Shown here in pieces: positions 60,301 to 64,000 of a stretch of DNA of 64,000 bases. The position numbers and the translations under genes are program-made. The stretch covers positions 3,300-67,299 of the forward strand of contig JALVDV010000005.1 in NCBI GenBank assembly GCA_027008775.1. The letters run 5' to 3'. The notes under the pieces were generated by a model that saw only the letters and a list, made by a program, of their open reading frames with translations, was not told where the DNA came from and searched no databases. The DNA is from Candidatus Moraniibacteriota bacterium. GTDB lineage: Bacteria; Patescibacteriota; Minisyncoccia; Moranbacterales; DUUL01. Numbering within the stretch: position 1 is the stretch's first letter; every line of letters begins with the position of its first letter.

Positions 60301-63300
60301 CAAAGGACTATTTGTTCCGATTCCCACATTTCCACTACCCACAAAGTACAAGTTATTCCCACCAAGACTAACCGTCCTGTCTCCGGTCAGTGTCCCATCG
60401 GCAGTATAAATATTATCGGTGTAAGCGGTGGATGAAGTTGTTACCCAGTTGGAACCATCCCAAGTGAGAATGTCTCCATTGCCGGGAGGAGTGGTGGAAG
60501 TATCTACGTCAGTTAGTAAATCTATGCCGGCGTTTAGACTGAAGGTTGTGCCACTGAGGTTTAAACCGGTACCGGCGGAGTAGGTGGTGTCCACATCAGC
60601 TGAACAAACAAAAGAAGTTCCGTTCCACTGTAGTTTGTCTGTGCCGGCGCAAGTGGGAGAGTTGATAGAGAATTCATTACCGGCGGAGAGATTAAGACCA
60701 TTGCCAGCGGAGTAAGTGGTGTCATCATCACCATCATCTAAACCACTGGGGCGATTTTGAATAGAAGTCCAATCGGGAGTAATGAGGGTTTGACCGGCAG
60801 CGGTTAGTCTGCCTTGTTGATCTACGGTAAAGGTGGAACTATGAGTGGCGTCTCCGTAGGAACCGGTGGTAACAGCCGTATCAGCCAAGTTAAAGGTTGT
60901 ACCACTGAGATTTAAACCGGTACCGGCGGAATAAGTTGTGTCATTATCATCGGCAGGTACCCAGTTGGAACCGTCCCATTTAAGAGTTTGTCCGTTTGTA
61001 GGAGCAGTGGTGGTGGTATCTACGTCAGAGTGTTGGTCAATGGAACCGAGGGTAACACTGCTAGCATCAACCCAATCAGTACCCGATACCGTTGAAGAAA
61101 GAATTTGTCCATTTGTGCCGGGAGAATTAGATGAGTCATAGAGCGCTCCTTCCAATCGAGCGTTTCCGGCAACATGCAGTCTTTCCGAGGGTGAGGTGGT
61201 TCCAATTCCGATGTTACCGGTCACCTTGTCAATGAGCAATCTAACATTTCCAGATGTACCGTGGGTAGATATTCCATAATCAACAATTGTGAAATCATCG
61301 CCGCTAGATCCGGCGACATTTGCCGGTCCAAAGAGCCAGGAACTTTGGACATTGGAGCCGTTGACTCGCACTTGTAGAATAGCCGGTCCATAGGTATCAT
61401 TTCTATCAAATCTGATAAAGTCGTTGCCGGAGATATGTAAAATTCTGTCTGGAGCAGGCGTCCCAATACCAACCCTGCCATTACTGGCTATTCTTACCCT
61501 TTCATTTCCCCCGGTAGTAAAGGCTAATTGATTAGTACCGGCCCTAAACATTCCAGTATCCGCATCGGAAGAAAATCTAAAAGCAGGTGAACCAGCTGTT
61601 CCATCGGAGGAAACAAATCTGGTGGCGCGAACATTACCATTTACTTGCAATTTATTTACAGGGGAGCTAGTCCCTATTCCTATATTTCCACTACCCGTAA
61701 AGTACAAATCATTCCCACCAAGACTAACCGTCCTATCTCCGGTCAAAGTCCCATCCGCCGTATAAATGTTTGTCGTGTAAGCGGTGGATGAAGTAGTTAC
61801 CCAGTTGGAACCGTCCCAAGTTAGTAAATCTCCATTACTGGGAGCATTGGTGCTTGTGTCAACATCCGTTAACAAATCTATGCCGGCGCTTAGACTAAAG
61901 GTTGTCCCGGAAAGAGAAAGTCCGGTTCCGGCGGAGTAGGTGGTGTCATTATCATCGGCGGGTACCCAGTTGGAACCGTCCCATTTAAGAGTTTGTCCGT
62001 TTGTAGGAGCAGTAGTGGAGGTGTCCACGTCGGAATGGTTATCTATAGAGCCAAGGGTTAAACTGGCCGGATCAATATAGCTGAGGGCGTTGCTACCGTT
62101 GGTTTGAACCAAATAACCATTTGTTCCATAATTGTTAGGAGTATCTGTTAAACCAACAAAGGTAGTGGAACCGACAGTGTTGGGATCGGTGTTACAAACT
62201 AAACCTGTTCCGGCTTCGTAAGTACAGAGTCTGGTATCAGTCAGGGTTCCTTCGTTAACGGAGAAGGTGTTTCCAGAAAGGTTAAGAAGAGTTCCGCTGG
62301 CAGTATAGGTAGTATCATTATCATCAGCTGGTACCCAGTTGGAACCGTCCCATTTTAGAGTTTGTCCATTTGTAGGAGCAGTGGTGGTGGTGTCTACGTC
62401 AGTTAGTAAATCTATGCCGGCGTTTAGACTGAAGGTTGTGCCACTAAGGTTTAAACCGGTGCCGGCGGAGTAAGTGGTATCCACATCACTGGAACAAACA
62501 AAAGAGGTTCCGTTCCATTGGAGTTTGTCTGTGCCGGCGCAAGTGGGAGAATTAATAGAGAAGGTGGTTCCGGTGAGAGACAAACCATTGCCGGCGGAAT
62601 ATTCGTCATTTAAAGACGAGAGATCAACATTACCACCGTTGGTCAAACTGAGAATATTGGTAATGTTATCAAAAGAAAGAGCCTGATTGTCAGTGTTATC
62701 CAAATAACCGGACAAATCTATGTTGGTAATTGTTCCGTCTTCATCGGTGTAATCAAGAGAATTTCCATTCAGAGCCAAAGAGGTGATGGTTTCGTTAATG
62801 TCTTGTACCACCCCGTTTTCATTGGTGTAGTCAGCTATTTTATGCCCGACAACTTGATTGGCAATATTTGTAACTGTTTCCAGGCTGGTAGTGGAAGCTG
62901 GCACCCAATTGTTTCCATTCCAGCTGAGAATTTGGCCGCTAACCGGTGGGTTGGTGGAAGTATCTACATCTCCCAGCTCGTTAATTGATTCAGTATTGTC
63001 TATATATTTTGACAAATTCACACTAAGTGTTCCGCCGTTGTCTGTAATGTTTAAATTGTCTCCGGAAAGATTAAAAGATAAGTTGAGTTCATTATTTGAG
63101 TCCCCGTCTTCTTCTTCTGTTAAATAACCATTGTTACTAACATAATCGTCAACTTCCGCTTCGGTAATTTTTTCAACGTCCTTTTCCACCACTTTTTCTA
63201 TTCTTCCCTGGCTGTCAACGGTTATTTGGGGGATTTTATTGGCGGAACCGAAAGTTCCCTGGGCATTCCGCCTGCTTAAACTGATTAGATTGTCGGAAAT

Positions 63301-63621
63301 GGTAATCCCTTGTCCGGCTTTTAGATTTTGAGAAGTTATTTTTACCGCTTGTTTTTTGGCCGGCGAAGCAATTTGAGAAGTTTTTGGTTGGGGAACTAAG
63401 CGAGTTTGAATGTTTAAATTTGCAGAAAAGAAATTTTTTGGTAAAGGAAAAAATAACAACAAGATTAAGAAACCAACAATTGTCAGTTGGTAGGAAATTT
63501 TTTCCTTTTTCTTCCGGAAAAATTTAAAAATGAGAATGGAAATGAATACCAAAAACAAGCCGATCAGTAAAAGCACCGGCGGAGAAAATATTGTTTCCAT
63601 TTTGAGCATTTCCCCTAGCAT
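57322..63621 (-). CDS. giant membrane-anchored tail-fibre-like protein (2099 aa) with a peptidase S74 intramolecular chaperone domain
   Basis: Two N-terminal TM helices; repeats DVDTTTTAPTNGQTLKWDGSNWVPADDNDTTYSAGTGL; IGIGT repeats; SSDRRLKRNI...GFIAQDV...LEYGKI (S74); coiled coil; C-term GEGIIPAG...HILLTP...VQWFII. Confidence 0.85.
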   Translation of the reverse strand: MLGEMLKMETIFSPPVLLLIGLFLVFISILIFKFFRKKKEKISYQLTIVGFLILLLFFPLPKNFFSANLNIQTRLVPQPKTSQIASPAKKQAVKITSQNLKAGQGITISDNLISLSRRNAQGTFGSANKIPQITVDSQGRIEKVVEKDVEKITEAEVDDYVSNNGYLTEEEDGDSNNELNLSFNLSGDNLNITDNGGTLSVNLSKYIDNTESINELGDVDTSTNPPVSGQILSWNGNNWVPASTTSLETVTNIANQVVGHKIADYTNENGVVQDINETITSLALNGNSLDYTDEDGTITNIDLSGYLDNTDNQALSFDNITNILSLTNGGNVDLSSLNDEYSAGNGLSLTGTTFSINSPTCAGTDKLQWNGTSFVCSSDVDTTYSAGTGLNLSGTTFSLNAGIDLLTDVDTTTTAPTNGQTLKWDGSNWVPADDNDTTYTASGTLLNLSGNTFSVNEGTLTDTRLCTYEAGTGLVCNTDPNTVGSTTFVGLTDTPNNYGTNGYLVQTNGSNALSYIDPASLTLGSIDNHSDVDTSTTAPTNGQTLKWDGSNWVPADDNDTTYSAGTGLSLSGTTFSLSAGIDLLTDVDTSTNAPSNGDLLTWDGSNWVTTSSTAYTTNIYTADGTLTGDRTVSLGGNDLYFTGSGNIGIGTSSPVNKLQVNGNVRATRFVSSDGTAGSPAFRFSSDADTGMFRAGTNQLAFTTGGNERVRIASNGRVGIGTPAPDRILHISGNDFIRFDRNDTYGPAILQVRVNGSNVQSSWLFGPANVAGSSGDDFTIVDYGISTHGTSGNVRLLIDKVTGNIGIGTTSPSERLHVAGNARLEGALYDSSNSPGTNGQILSSTVSGTDWVDASSVTLGSIDQHSDVDTTTTAPTNGQTLKWDGSNWVPADDNDTTYSAGTGLNLSGTTFNLADTAVTTGSYGDATHSSTFTVDQQGRLTAAGQTLITPDWTSIQNRPSGLDDGDDDTTYSAGNGLNLSAGNEFSINSPTCAGTDKLQWNGTSFVCSADVDTTYSAGTGLNLSGTTFSLNAGIDLLTDVDTSTTPPGNGDILTWDGSNWVTTSSTAYTDNIYTADGTLTGDRTVSLGGNNLYFVGSGNVGIGTNSPLSRFDIANHIVFDKGDGNVSNGSDVWFDAQGLLSADSNMLFNIDADNNSTSEYFRWSSDSDSTTGALELMRLTEGEGLDVANHAAVGANAGIVNNQTLRVTENFNIDSNSVQIQASGIITSPTLTADRISYGGYFYLINNKTEDIANGYDSDGTAVYGFTQTNGTHTFRYNRGGLFEARNSSNATSDLGNLYGVVGVARQYASDDAADVTTIIGSYGQSVGYSGAGSTAGDINMAYGSYANVYPYKSNINTAYGIYGYISTNNGYDGDIGTAYGIRGQVRVDSDDGGDITNGYGGYFSVTKRIGANNMINATALYAAVAAANTAYAGRFYANSSNATTNYGLYINVANASTNNYGIYAESGDWILDEDGDGVAGGTGPGGDLMLGESQDLALYHNGTNSYIQNNTGDLIINGNNNNHNLIINNFDLIGIGTVSPSYDIDVDRTGSNPNRSARIRLRGSSSGYTNAALILQATSGTNYRGTGIFMHDEGGDNEWFAGRPYADSDKYIIARLDSVANVDESVAQTSNALLTVQNDGNVGIGVSSPTDTLHIAGSLRVEGALKDNNNSAGTIGQVLTATATGFEWQNPTSCVMGGAKIQGNGTITNSYGIISSVNRTNTGRYTINFSQSVNTNDYYVHLSKEESTSTRDDVNIDVSAYNTNNVQVIIHEGDNGTSANTYRDRAFSITLFDANCTALSAATSSDRRLKRNIENIEPETALDKVLQLQGVSYKWDTVRHPFRRGMDNKPEIGFIAQDVQKVLPEVVNVEKDGYLSLEYGKIMAVTVEALKDIWNNVQDNQAKLDKIKDIVQETEEERKHLSDNINSLADLNTQITATLENHEERIADLENKVNVLEEKIDSQDISLVNQEDGTVKQAIKDWAQHIAVIEKQGQKITFDLDGNLKVKNLEAEALTTAKFTVSNQDVEKKIVGEGIIPAGETKIRINNKVVNEDSHILLTPRQPINVALGKIKKGEYFEIKISEALDKDLKVQWFIINEK

Positions 63622-63664
63622 TTTGATTGATTTTTTATTTTGATTTTTGGTTTTTCTATTATCC

Positions 63665-63735
63665 GATAATTATTATTTTAGACCCTTCGTCTCGGGGATA
63701 AGACGAAGCACCCGTGGTCTAAAATAATAATTATC
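63665..63735. repeat. 20-bp perfect inverted repeat enclosing an 8-bp hairpin
   Basis: GATAATTATTATTTTAGACC / GGTCTAAAATAATAATTATC, with inner CTTCGTCT/AGACGAAG. Confidence 0.85.
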
Positions 63736-63738
63736 AGA

Positions 63739-63844
63739 CAATAAAAAAATGGCTCACAGAAATGAACCACCCCTTTTGTGTTTTGATAAACCCCCTAATA
63801 TGAGTTTGTACTGACATTTTAGCACAAAAACCGCTAATAGTCAA
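63739..63844 (-). promoter_or_regulatory. promoter plus attenuator-like leader of the 2099-aa gene
   Basis: TTGACT-N17-(TG)TAAAAT, then AGTACAAACTCATATTAGGGGGTTTAT, hairpin GTGGTTCA-TTTCTG-TGAGCCAT and a T tract. Confidence 0.65.
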
Positions 63845-64000
63845 TTGGAATTTTTGCCGGTTTTTCGGCTGATTTTCCCATTTTTTTATTTTTTCTGTTT
63901 GAACCGTAGTTGGGTCGGTTTTTTTTGATTATCAACATATTATCCACAAGAAAAATCCTTTTAATTAGCCATTTTTGTTGAATTTGACAAAATTTTTCAA

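Noticed and set aside
60340-62620. Diversity-generating retroelement template/variable repeats
   Set aside because: There is no reverse transcriptase in the window, and the repeat differences look mostly synonymous rather than adenine-specific.
46150-63621. Prophage tail module
   Set aside because: There is no terminase, capsid, portal, baseplate or integrase, and the proteins have signal peptides or TM anchors.

Overview
This window looks like chromosomal DNA from a Patescibacteria/CPR (Parcubacteria, possibly Moranbacteria-like) bacterium. The evidence is that core genes lack Shine-Dalgarno sites, rpoBC is detached from rplKAJL, TsaB is truncated and there are giant fibre-like surface proteins. 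The left part carries housekeeping genes (pyrE, typA, dusB, rpsT, rpoC, rpoB) and a small accessory block. The centre (18.5-31 kb, minus strand) holds a complete type V-A-like CRISPR-Cas locus with two RuvC effectors in tandem: a 1458-aa Cas12a followed by a divergent 1189-aa Cas12a2/Cms1 (Cas12a3-like) nuclease. These are followed by cas4-cas1-cas2 and one shared array of 37 repeats and 36 spacers with the Cas12a-type handle AATTTCTACTTTTGTAGAT. The cas12a 5' region has a leaderless uORF that mimics the cas12a start, plus alternative pairings that suggest a translational switch. The right part has tRNA-Gly, paired GT-C glycosyltransferases and metallophosphoesterases, and an O-antigen-ligase-like/TPR protein. 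It also has a roughly 23-kb cell-surface cluster with two tail-fibre-like giants that share a conserved attenuator-like leader, plus a dockerin protein next to a cohesin protein. An MNT-HEPN module with a multiply inactivated toxin interrupts that cluster. All family calls come from motif recognition by eye and memory; no database search was run.
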